Source: Raillietiella orientalis
Taxonomy: Eukaryota
NCBI GenBank assembly: GCA_036172245.1
Contig: JAYWIR010000042.1
Location: 1,116,001-1,180,000, forward strand
DNA length: 64,000 bases
Direction of reading: 5' to 3'
Both the position numbers and the translations under genes were made by a program. Under the pieces are notes generated by a model. That model was not told the DNA's origin. It saw only the letters and a list, made by a program, of their open reading frames with translations, and ran no database searches. Positions within the stretch are counted from its first letter, which is position 1. Every line of letters begins with the position of its first letter. Below are positions 25,658 through 37,600 of the stretch, piece by piece.

Positions 25658-28600
25658 GTACGGGGTCTGTCGCCGCTTCCGCTGCAGGAACTGCAGCCCT
25701 TCGGAGAGTATCGTCCTTCCCCAAGCCACTAGGGAATGCGCTCATGCGCAGATTCTTCCGCATCCGCTTGTTCGCTGGCGCTCGTTCCCGCTCAGAGGTT
25801 CTTCCCAGGACGGGAGTCACGTGGGAAGCCTCACGGGTTTGTTGCTCTCCGGAAATCTTAAATTTCCTTCCTCGAAGGCTTCAAACTGCCTCCTCCCTCC
25901 TTCGAAAAGTGGAGGAGAGTCGGATCGACTCTTGACGACTGGGCGAGGTGCGCCCTTGAGGGCACACCGCGAGAGGGGCAGAACAGCAGCCTTGAGACAA
26001 GCACTCCCGCAGCTAACTCGTGAACCAGCACCTCCCTCACGAGCCATCGCCACTGGCGTCCCGGATCTCCTCCCTTCTCTCCCTACTCTCTCCACCGTCA
26101 TCGGCTAGGAGACTTTCAAAGGAAGAAAAGAAAAGGGGCGTGATTTGTGGGTGGTGATTTGTGCGCCTAGACTAAGTGGCTATTTTCCCCAGGTCGGACA
26201 AGCGGAGGAGCAAACTTATCAAACAAACTTTTAACAGCTGTCCATTTTTTTCCTGTCCTTTTTCTGTTTTCACCGTTTGCAACTGTACTGCTTTTGTTTT
26301 TAACTCATCCTTTCACTTCACTTTCACTTCACTTATCGCATTTGCGTCTTTGGAAGTTTGGGTTCAGGGTGGGTCGGGGATTGTTCCTCTTACCTGGGCA
26401 TATTCACCCACCTTCCTGAGGATGCAGAGATATGTCCAGGATGAGACCCTACCGCGGCTCCTGATCCCGATCCCTCTCATCAGCAGGCCTTCCAAGATCT
26501 CCGATGCCGGTACTCTTCGTCCGGATGTGTGCATCTTTGCCCTCCTGATCACAATGGCTTTGATGAAGAGGGAAAGCGTCGTAAGAACCATCGGGTTGTA
26601 CAGGGAATTCCGCTCCCCTGGAACAAGCTCGCCAGACTTTCGATCTTCTTTCTTCGCTGCAGGCAGGTCACCGCCTTTACCGCTTGCCAATCGGGGCGCA
26701 GCGCTGGGCAAGTGAACACGTGGAGCTGCCTTTCTTCCGCTCCACACGCCTTGCGCAGTCCATCCTGGATGTCGCCGGTGCAGTGTCGCAGTCTGGAGCC
26801 ACTCAGGATGCCTCCGTGGCTAAGTGGCTAAGACCGCTGCTCGACGGTGCGGCTGGCTGCTTTGCGAGAACGCAGCCTATAAACTTTGCGACAATGGCCG
26901 TCACCATGGCAGAACTTCGCGCTGTTTGCGCCTAGGCCAACAATGGTCACTCGGCCAACAATGGTCGAGCAAGCCGGTGTAGAGCGCACACAGGTTGCTA
27001 TGGGCATTTATAGTTGAAGACTGAAACGAGATAGAAGATACTGCTGGCTGCGTGCTCACCGGGAGATAAAAGAGCAGGAAGAAGGGGGAGGATGCTGGTA
27101 GAAAGACTGTGACTCGAAACGAAAAGCACTGCTTCCGCATTGGTATCTGCCGGAATTGCACGACAGAAGTTTCGTTTTCGATACGCGAAATGTTTCGTGC
27201 AGGCTGGGTTTGGGGCAGATCCTTCGAAGAGCTCCCGTAGAGAGCGCTTTCCGTAGAGTGGTTGGGAGGCGATCTCCTTATGAGACTTCCCTGGAAACTC
27301 GAGTTCTGCAACAACGAAGGATCTTGAAGGGAGAGCGTGCTCACAGAGAGAATGCGGGAGAGTGCACGGGACAGGTTCAAAAAAAAAAAATTAGAAGGAA
27401 TATTTTTGGAATCGGAATGCCTACGAAATTCCTTCTCCGAGGAAGGCGGGTTGGTTGTCACCATTCAACGAAGATATGTTCCTTTTTTCTCTCTCCTTCA
27501 TGCTCAGCCACATGCCATCTGAAGTCACCTGAAGCTATAAACTGAATTGGCTCGGAGATGCACGAAGATTAGCGGCAGCTGTCGCGCAGTTCCGAGATTC
27601 CGAAATGTTCGAGGACAGACACTCCGAAGGAAGGTTCGGACAGTGAACTGCGGGTATCGGACTGCTAACCTCCAGCGTCCAGCTAGAACCAATCGTTATT
27701 GGGAAGCCTATCTTACCAGTGTCTTTCCCGGATTCTAATTATGGGGGTATCAGGCCTTTCAAGACCAGACCGCGTTTTCTGAGGCTGGGAAAGTCACAAA
27801 GGCTGCCTTTGGAGCAGTTGGTTCTCCTGATAGGGACCTTCCTTGCTCAGGGCAGTAAGGAGCCTATGGCATCCCTCCTGATGTTCTCTGCAGAAGAACT
27901 ACCGACGGCTGTTGCATTCTCCCATTTCGCGTGCCAGCAGCGGTTCTCGCACGGGCTGCAAGGTGGTCCGAATCGGTCTTCTGCGCAAAGCACCAGTGCG
28001 GAAGGAGCGCCACCGTGACGACAGTCTTTGCGTGAGTCTTTCGCGCTACACACAACCTGGCCAGTCAGTCAGTTCCCAAGAGTTCATTGCGGAGCTTTTT
28101 GCCTGACGAGCACGTCGATTCGCCGGCGTCCCTCGATGATGAGAACTGGATCATTCTCACCCCCAACAGAACGCGAGCGGTCTCCTGAAAGAATATTCTC
28201 GCTTGACCACCTCTCGCCTGCCTGGGGAAAGTTTCAAAGTCAGTGGTAGCCGCGCGACAGATGGGGGAGATGTCCATGCCATTTCCGATGCGAAGAATCA
28301 AGCTGGAAGCGGTCGAGTTCTCCTCGAGCTTCCCATTTAGTGAAGGAGGGACCTAGAAGGGGACTTGGGGACGAAAACGTTTTTCTTGCTGGGTGGCAGA
28401 GGAATGCAATCGGAGGATCCGATCTCGGGACTGGACAGGAAGCGTGGACGGCGCGCCCTCCAGACTCATACCCTTCCGTTCACGAGAGGAGGGAGGACAT
28501 CCCTGGAGTTCACTTCCCACGGGATGAACTTCTGCGCCACTTTCCCGAGACCTCCCCGAACCTCGTGTTTTCGAGGATAGGGAAGAGGAGGGATGAAAGG

Positions 28601-31600
28601 AAAACGGAAGACTAACGGAGCGAGTCCCGCCGTTGCATTCATTCCTCGTGACCTCTTTTCGAATGGCGGTGGACGCGATAGCAGCCGATGGGGCCGCTGC
28701 TGCTTTCGTCGTTTCGTGGGCGAGCGCCCTTCCTCTTCCCGTCTCCTTCCGGAGATTCGCACGCTGCTGAGAACTTTCCGGAGGGTATCCGGGTCCCCGG
28801 CCTCCGTCCATGGTCCACCGCCATCCTCCGGTTGCCGTGGATCCGAAACGCTTTTCTTCATCCTGAAAGGGTCGCGTGATTGACCTCACCAGCTTTCCGC
28901 CTTGCTTCTTGCGAAGGGTCCGCGCGGCGGCCGCTCCGCGCAACACCTGCTCGTGGCTGCGCGAACTGGCGAAGGTCTGCGGAGGAGAAAAGGGGGAACG
29001 TCCGTCGGTTAGTTGCGAGAAAAACTTTCATCTGCCTCATCGTCAAGTTTCGATCCTTACCAACGGACCTTTCTACTCCTCCTCCTCCCTCTCTTCCTTC
29101 TTCCTTCCTCCTCCTTTTCCTCTTCCTGCTCCCTTCTTCCGCCATCCGAGCTCGAAATTTTCGGTCTTTTGAGCCGAGGATGGACGCCCTCTGGCTGGTG
29201 GATCCTCATCCACAGAGCGTTCCTCGTGTCTCCCTCACCTCCTGGAGTCGTCTATCTTCCGCATGTCGTCCTGGACCAGGGGGAGGGGAGCCTCTGGCTG
29301 GCTGATGGCTCGCAAACTTTTTCCTGGGGTCAGAAGGAGCTGCCAGGCATCCAGAGCTCTTCAGGAAGGGAAACAGGACCGGACCTCATGGCTGCTCCCG
29401 GTCCGTCGGAGCATCCCGGACAACCCGCACAAGCAGTGGCCGAGGTAGGTAGGTAGGAGATGCTTCGAGGTGTGACAGCGGTGCCAACGTCCATGGACGA
29501 GGCTACTGCTGGCAACGAAGAGTCGACCTAACCGGCTCGGAGGAAGAGAGCGGAAAGCGAGCCGTCGACCGCGCAGCGCCTCTGGCAGTCCCAGGCCGTG
29601 CCTCTCGAGCTCTCAGGCACGGACCGCCCCACCCCCTCTCCCCCGAGCGCCACCAACGCGCCTTCCGTCCTCCTCCCGGGAGGCCCAGCGGACGTGCCGG
29701 CGGTGAAAGCGCCGCCTCCTTGTGGAGCGGCCGCACTCCCCGCCCCGCTCGAAGGGCCGTGAGTGCCATGGGACGTTACCGGGAAAGCGCTTCATGCCCT
29801 TTTTGAGCAACTTATACGCGGCAGCACGCTGCCTTCGTCATATCTGAGCAGGCTGCCGCGAAAACGTTTCCTCTCCGTTTCCATGGCGCCGAGGAAGGGG
29901 TGGAGGTGCGGTGCATTCACTTTCCTCGCGATCCGCTCGCGCGCGGGGGTGAGCGAGCCTCTTTTTATGGGGGGTGCGTTGGAGTGCTGCTGTTGCGGGC
30001 AAGGCATCCTCCAGGTTGGTGCTGGAGGCGGGAGCGAGGGTCGCGCATTTCCTCCGAGGGGAAGGGAAAGGGGAGGCAGTTGACCCCGGACGCATCCAGA
30101 CGGGACACGAACGGTCACCCGGCGCACCGCTGCCAGCAAACCAGGGTCACTCCCGGTCCGGAGAGGGTCTCTTCCGTCCATCTGTCCGTCCGTTCTCCTC
30201 CCTTCCTCGAGGAAAGAGGGAGAGCCCCTCGGCGGAACCCCCACTGTCCCCCCGGTCGGCGCGCGTTTGAGATGACGGAAGCGGAGCGACCGTGCCTAGA
30301 GGGCAGAGCGGCACGCGGAGCTCGCTCGGACCTGCTCCTGGCCTCCTCCCCTCGGAGGCCTGGAGCTCCAAGAGGGTTCGCGCGTTGTCCGCCCGAGGGG
30401 GATGGGGCCCTCGGGAGCACAGCGCCGCGAAGACGCGCGGCCGCCGGCTGAGGCTCACGCGCCGGCTTCACTTCACTTCCCTGCTGCGTCCTCCTGTCTT
30501 CCCGCCCTACCGCTGCCGACGCGTCCGCTTCGATCCGCGCGAGGGAGCTTGGACTCCGAAATCCAGCGATGGGGTGACCCGCCCCTTCCGCGGAAACTGA
30601 TCCTCCCGCGAGCGAGCGCTGTCCTCCCTGTTGCCAGGCTTCCCGCTGTCACTCGAGCTCGCGAAAGTTTCTGTGGATTTCGTGCCGGGAGTCCTCTGGA
30701 TTTCCCTCCCCCATCCGCTGGACCGTTCTCGCCTCACACCGCAAGTTCCGGGCTCATCACTGAATTATTCAGCGCTCTCCTACCTTTTTCTACTTCTCCC
30801 TCTTCATTATCATCATCATCTCCTTCTTCATTACTATCATCTTCTATTCTTCATCATCATCATCCTCTTCTTCTCCCTCTTCATCATCATCATCATTTTC
30901 TTCTCCTTCCTCAGCATCATCATCATCATCTTCTTCTTCTTCTTCTTCTTCTTCAGCATCATCATGATCTTCTTCTCCTTCATCATCATCATCTCCTTCT
31001 TCCCGCTGAAAGAAGTTCGGAGCTCGAGCGTGATGCAGCGCATCGGAGTGAAACTCTTCCCTCGGGAGAAGACACCCCAGCTGCTGGTGCTCGGAAATGG
31101 CACGCGGCGGTGGTGGTGCTAGGCCACAGGGCGCGGCGGCCCCCTGCCGGTGTGCACCTCTCAGCCTGCGGCGAGCTGCGCGCCGCGGCCAGGCTGGCAG
31201 GAAGAGAACATCTCGGCTGCTTCTGAGGGTGGTGGGGCTCTTCGATAAGAAGGGCGTCTGCTCCCGAGGACGTCAATTGAGCAGGAATGCGGGGATTGTT
31301 TTGGGAGAGGCTATCTGCTCGAGCGAGTGTGATTGATCCCCCATCGATGATTGGCTGACTGTGAAGGACGCTTGTTGTAAATTGGTATATCGCAAATTGG
31401 TACTGCGTGAGCTGATAGCACGCATCTCTGGAAATTCATCCTCCCTGCGTCATTGCCGGGTTTTTGAGTAATGTCAGCAATCATGGCGTTAGCTTCTGCG
31501 CTCATTTATTTGCTTACGGCAGTTTCCTCCCGATTTTGTTTTTTTTTCTCCTCTGAGGTATCCGATGGGGCCGAAGAGTTTCCATGGAGGGATGAGAAGA

Positions 31601-34600
31601 GAGAGAGAGAGAGAGAGAGAGGGAGAAAGAAAGAAAGAAGGAAAAAATGTGAAAGTTCCGATGACATGCTGAGGCCGAATAAGAGTGCACATCGCGCGTC
31701 CTGGTCAAAAACGAGACTTCCGACGTGGAGTGTATGTGTGTTCGACCGTGCGAGGTCCGTCGACGTTCGTCCATGACGCACGCGCGTAATGGACTGTTTG
31801 GATTTTTTTCTCAAATTTCGATTGATTATCCCTGCGCTCCGGACCTACCGTTCTGCCACCGTTCTTGGAGATCTCCACCAGCTGCTTCCAAGCTGCACGC
31901 CGCGCGACGTCGTTGTGGCAGCAGCGGAGCAGCAGGAAAATGCTTGCCGCGGTCCAGGTGTCTGAAGCAGAAAACACGGCGCTCGCCACGTGACGCAGAC
32001 TCATGATCATTGTGTATCAAGTTCTTTTTCCGGTCGAAGTTGTAAATAAAGAGCGCAGATATTAAAATTATACTCTTCATTTGGCACGAAGAGATGTGTT
32101 AGTCTCGGAAACGGGTCGGCTATCAATGGAGATATTGCATACGGAAAGCCTGGAAGGATCTTGCGTAATTTATTATTCAATCCTATATCTTCGGTGGATT
32201 TTTATTCATCTGGAATCTGCAATAGAGTTTTCCTATTTGCTGGTCCCGAACTTCACGCCAGTCATTCATTCGATATCGGGTCTCATGCATTGGAGTCCTC
32301 CATCTTGAGGTTGGGAAAATTACCCTGAGATCATTAGTTGCGGAGCACCAAATAGAAGAAGCAAGGTCTTCTTTCCGATTACATTTCGTAAAAATATGGG
32401 CAATCTGCAGTGCATAATGATGTGTTTCCACTAATTAACAGCCCTCGCGTTTCTTTCTTTCTTTCTTTCTTCCTTCTTCTCTCATGAGAACTGTCGAAGG
32501 TAACCTGGACAAAGGAATTTTTTCTTCGACAGTTCGTGCAGTGGCGGCTACTATCTCCAGCATCACTGTTCGTTGATTGGATTCGAGCTACATGTTTGGC
32601 GGTTGCTCAAGATGTGGAGCTTTCTGCAAAGTATCACAGAGTTCCTGACTACTCTGTCACACGGATGGATAACACAAAGGCGTTCAGTGCATGGCCACTG
32701 TTAAATACCGTTACCATGGAAATTTTTTTGCTTTTTTTTATGTGGAAAACTTTTTGAGCTCGAAATTCCTCATTTGAAGCGCATCTCGAATACTTGCATA
32801 CGTGAAGGGCCACATGTGTATTTAGTGGCAGCGATTTATGGGTCCTTTGACCTAATCTTGGAAAACACTGATCTTGGAGTTCTCCGTTTCGTTCTTTAAT
32901 GGAATTCGAATCATCAGACTCGCCTTGCATTCATTCGTTTGAGACCGTCCGAGCTTTGTGCTCCGTTGCAAGACCAAGTGCTTTTTTGTGGGGAAAGCTG
33001 CAGTTTATAGGAAAGAGGGACCAATCCCCGCCGCGACCCTTGCAGAAGGCGTCTTCTCGCTCTCTTGCGTGGCCGCTGCGAGGTGACGTGGCTCGTGGCA
33101 ACGCGCGCGCGCGCTTGCAGCTTGCCGGGGACGAGCCTGCGACCTCTGAGGGGGAACGACGGAGTGACAGCGGCTCCTTCGATCCGTTTGTCCGGCTTTC
33201 TCTTGGGCGTAAGCGGCGGAGCAGCGGTCCAACCGCCACTTCCGTGACACGGTCACCCGTGGTCTCAGGGACGCTGCGCACGTCCTCTTCCTGTCGCAGT
33301 GAAACCTCTTTCCCCACTCCCCACAGTTCCGACCTGGGAAGAGCGCGCTCCGAAGAGCTGACTGGCGCGCCATCCGTTTCGGCAGACGGCACGGGCCTAT
33401 CAAGCCTTTGTTTCGCCCTTCTCTGCTCGCGGGGCCCAATTTCCCGGAGACCTTTTGGGGGTGGGGGGCGTAGGCGTGCGATTCGGCGCTTATCCCAGTT
33501 TCAGGATCCCATCCGTCGCTAAGGAACGCATCCTCTTCCCTGCTTTTCTCCGCGACTAATTTCGCTCGTGGTGGCTGAAGCGGCGTCTCCGTGGAGACGG
33601 CCGTGCGCATGGCCACCCGTCCACCAGGCAGTGGAGGCTCAAGAGAGGACTTTGGCCCTGGAGAGCCGGCCCCTTGGTAATGCACCGACCTTCCCTCGCT
33701 CCGAGGGGCGGGACCTTCCCTTCGCCGCCGCAGCCGCCCCGGAGATGGCACTCGACCCTCAGTGACGAGTTCCCACGGGACCAGAGAGAGAACTTCGCCC
33801 CAGGGCGTGAAGGACGCTGGCAGGTTCCAGCCCCAGTAAAGGAGACGGGTGGTCGCGTAGTCCTCGGATGGTCCTCCGGGAAGATGACGGTCGGGTGGAC
33901 GGCGGCTCCCCCGACCCACGAGAGGAGGTCCGCGATCTCTGCTCCGCTGTCCTGGGTGCGCGCACCCCTGCGTGCCCGGCGGAGGCGGCGTGCGCCTCCC
34001 GGTGGAAAAAGACCGGAGAGAGTGACCCTTAGCCGGTCCATGGCCAAGGGTCATCATCGCCGGCCCTGCCTCTGTCGGCCTCCGCAAGATGGTGGTCTCT
34101 CGGAGGGTCTGAGGAGGTCCCTGCTCTCCAAGCACGGGGGATGGGGGGCCCTACGGACTGACTCTTGTGCGTTCCAGACCACCTACTGTACTGCCCGGGA
34201 GTTTTCGATGGCGTGCTCTGCTGGAACAGGACCCTGGCCGGAACGGTGGCGTCCCAGCCCTGCCCGGATTTCGTGGTCGGCTACCAGCCGTCAGGCAAGC
34301 GGCGGGGGTCCTATGGAGCAACGGTTTCCCTCTATAACCCCCCCCCCCTCCAACCAACTGTTTTTTTTCTTTTTCTTTTTTTTATTCTCTCCCCGACTCC
34401 TCCTCGCCTTGTCCCCTGTTCCTCCGGGAAGAATTCTCTCGGAAGCTGTGCCAGGAAAACGGGACGTGGTTCCATCACCCCCAGACGGGACTCGAGTGGA
34501 CCAACTACACGGAGTGCGTGGACCTGGACGACTTTCATGTAATCCTTCCTTTGTGCTTCCTTCATCTCCCGACGGGGAAGGGGGGGGGGGGACTGGGCGC

Positions 34601-37600
34601 GCAGGAGCCCTGCAGAATTGAACGCTGCCCTCGTAACTCTTGAGAGGGCCGGTCTACCGGGAATCGCGAGGAGCGCGAAGTGAGGGTCAGCGGGTCTCCG
34701 GACGGCCTCTTCCTCTCTCCCCTCCTCCCCTACTTCTCGCTTGCTTTCGGGGGAAGGGGGAAGGGGAGGAGTGCGCCTCCCGTTTTTCCTTCTCCGGAAG
34801 GAAGCGGTCACGCTTCCGGGGTTCCTCCCGCCGTTCGTTTCCCTCGACCGCTGTCCACCAGATACGGACGGCGTCTTCTGAAAGGACGAGAATGGGGGTC
34901 GCTTCCCTTCGCCTTCCCGGAAGATCTCGGCACGCATTCCTGGAGCCGCCGCTGTCCCTACCCATGTCCCGCCTCTTTCGCTGGAGGGGGCCTGCGCTCC
35001 GTATGCAGATTCTGGCCCTGCCTCCGGGTGGTCTCCGCGGCGGGGTGCCTGGAGAGCAGGGCGGGCTCTCCGCCGTGACTCCTCCGGATCGCACGCGCAG
35101 GCCCGCCTGACCTTTAGCTGACCTTCCGGTTGCTTCTTCCTCTCACACGTGCCGGCGGGCTCCAGATCCCCTGATCTATCCCCCGTTGACTCCTCGAATC
35201 CACCGCTCCGCGCCCCTCTGTCTCGCTGCCTGGCAACGCAACACCAGATGCGTGTTTCTGAAATTCGTGGGTTCTTCCTGCTTTCCTGCCTTCCTGCTTC
35301 CCCCCCTCCCTCCGGCCCATCTCCCTGTTTATTTTTATTTTATTTATTTATTTCAGCAAAGAATGAGAATTCTAGCCGTGTACGTCACTGGGTATTCAAT
35401 CTCCTTAGCAGCGCTTGTCATATCCATGGTGATATTCACATCTTTCAGGTAAGTGGGGAGTCCCGGCGCGCGCTGCTCGCGTGGGGCGGCGGGGAAAGCA
35501 CGCGCAGTGCTGGCACGCTTGCGGGGCGGCGGCCGCCGTCCAGCACCTACCGCCCCGTCCTCACACGGCGAGGAGGGAGGAGGACGCAGGGGCGCGGGGC
35601 AAACCAGAGAGGCGGAGGGAATCGACGGTCCCGCCCTCCGCCGTCTTCAGCGCCACGGCGAGGATGCTGGACGATAGCTCGCCTGAGTGGGCCGTCGCCG
35701 CCGCTGCCTTTTTCTTGTTTCTTCTCCGGAGGGAGCCCTCGGAAAGGATGCACTCCCGGCGTTTCCTCCTCTGAAGGGAGCCCCGAAGGGAATAGCGCGC
35801 TTCTGGCACTCTGGAGAGGTATCGATCCACCAGCTCCACTATACGAGATGGAGGGTCCTCCCCCCCCCGAGGGGAAGAAGGAAAGCTCCCTTTGCACAAC
35901 CGGAGGGAAACCCGAAGGCGAGCGGCTCCTGGATCTCTGGAAGGACCCGGGAGGTCAACTCCCAGTCTCGGCCGGTCAACGAGGAGCATTCGGTTTCCAC
36001 CATTGCCGCATCCTAGAGACCAATCAGCGCCATCTCGCGGGAGGAACTCGAACCCACCACTCACCCTTTATTTCTCTGGAAATCGATGCCTCTTCCAGAA
36101 CAGGGTTCGAAGAGGGAGGAGCGGCCGAGGAACCCGGAGGCCCTCGAGATAGAGGGTCACCTGGGACGGCTTCGCCTGCAAAGGTAACAAAGGGTTCCGG
36201 AAGCAGAGCGATAGGAACGGCCCACGGGGGGCCAAAGAGCGGCACGCAGGCCCACCGAGCGAGCGGCGGCAGCACGCGAAACGGCAGGAGGGAGAAGGGA
36301 AGGGGAGGGTGGGGTCGCGGGAGGCGTTGGGGCAGGAGGGCAGCGCGCCCCCGGCAGTTCGGAGGTCTCCCGTTCTCGTGTCCTTGCAGGTCGCTGGACT
36401 GCACGCGGATCCGCATCCACAAGAACCTCTTCTGCTCCTTCATCATGAACAACGCGGGGTGGATCGTGACCTACAAGTGCGTGGTGGAGAACCCCGCTGT
36501 CATCCGGGAGAATGGGGTGAGACGCGCGCGCGAAGTCGGCGCACGCCTCGGCGACGGGGAGAGGGGAACGGGGTCCCTGGCAGAAGAATGGGGGGGGGGG
36601 AGGGGACGAACCGACAAAGGGAAGGTGCATAGACCGAGGTAACGGCGCGCGAGCGGAGGGAGTGCCTGCCGTTCGCCGGGAGCATTCCCCCTCCCTCCCC
36701 CACCCCTTTCCTCCTCTCTCTCGCAATGGTCGGGATGCCGGGATGACCTCGGCCTTCTCCGGGCCGAAGGGGACCCCGGAGTTCGCACCGCTTTTCGCGC
36801 CTCCAGCGGAGGTCCGGGCGCGGGGGTGGGGCGGGCTGCTTCCCCTCTTGCTCTTCTTTCCCGCCGCCGCAGTTTCCATGCCAGGTGCTCCACGTTCTGC
36901 TGCACTTCTTCATGGTGTCCAACTTCTCCTGGATGTTCTGCGAGGGGCTGCACCTGCACCTCGTCCTGGTGTACTCCTTCTACGCGGAGAAGGTCAGGAT
37001 GGCGCAGTTCTACGTGGTCGGGTGGGTCCTGCCGTCCCTTATCATCGTCGCCTACTCCACGGTCCGCGCGTTCATCGAGAAGAGCACCGCGGTGTGAGTA
37101 CAGCGGGCCCAGGGAGCCCCGCCCTCTTTCCGTCAAGGAAGGGGCGCCGCTGCGCTCTCTTACAGCTGCTGGCTCAACGAGTGCCGCTCCACCTACATCC
37201 TGTCCTTCTTCGTCATCTCCTCCATGGTCACCAACCTCTTCTTCCTGATCAACATCGTCCGGCTGCTGGTGACCAAGCTCAAGTCCTCAGTCACGCCCGC
37301 TGCCACCAGGAAGAGCACCCTCCGCGCCGTGAAGGCCACCCTCATCCTGATACCCCTCCTGGGGCTGTACTATATGCTGCTGCCCTTCCGACCTGCTGAC
37401 CACAAGTCCCCGGAGGGCATCGTCTACGAGTACGTCTCGGCCATCGTCACCTCCTTCCAGGTGAGCGCCCTCTCTCCCGGGTTCCCCCTGCGCTACCCCC
37501 TCGCCTTTCCCGAGAGAAACCTCCTTGCTCCTTCCTCCTTCCTGCCGTCTGCCAGGTCCGGCCTCTCTCCCTCTTCGGGGCGGGCGGTCGCCTGGCAACG

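Noticed and set aside
26935..26966. 14-bp direct repeat ggccaacaatggtc x2
   Set aside because: Simple local duplication with a 4-nt spacer; not a CRISPR array or target-site duplication
30631..31122. Poly-Ile/Phe 'membrane protein' and poly-His ORFs
   Set aside because: Translations of the ATC/TTC repeat tract
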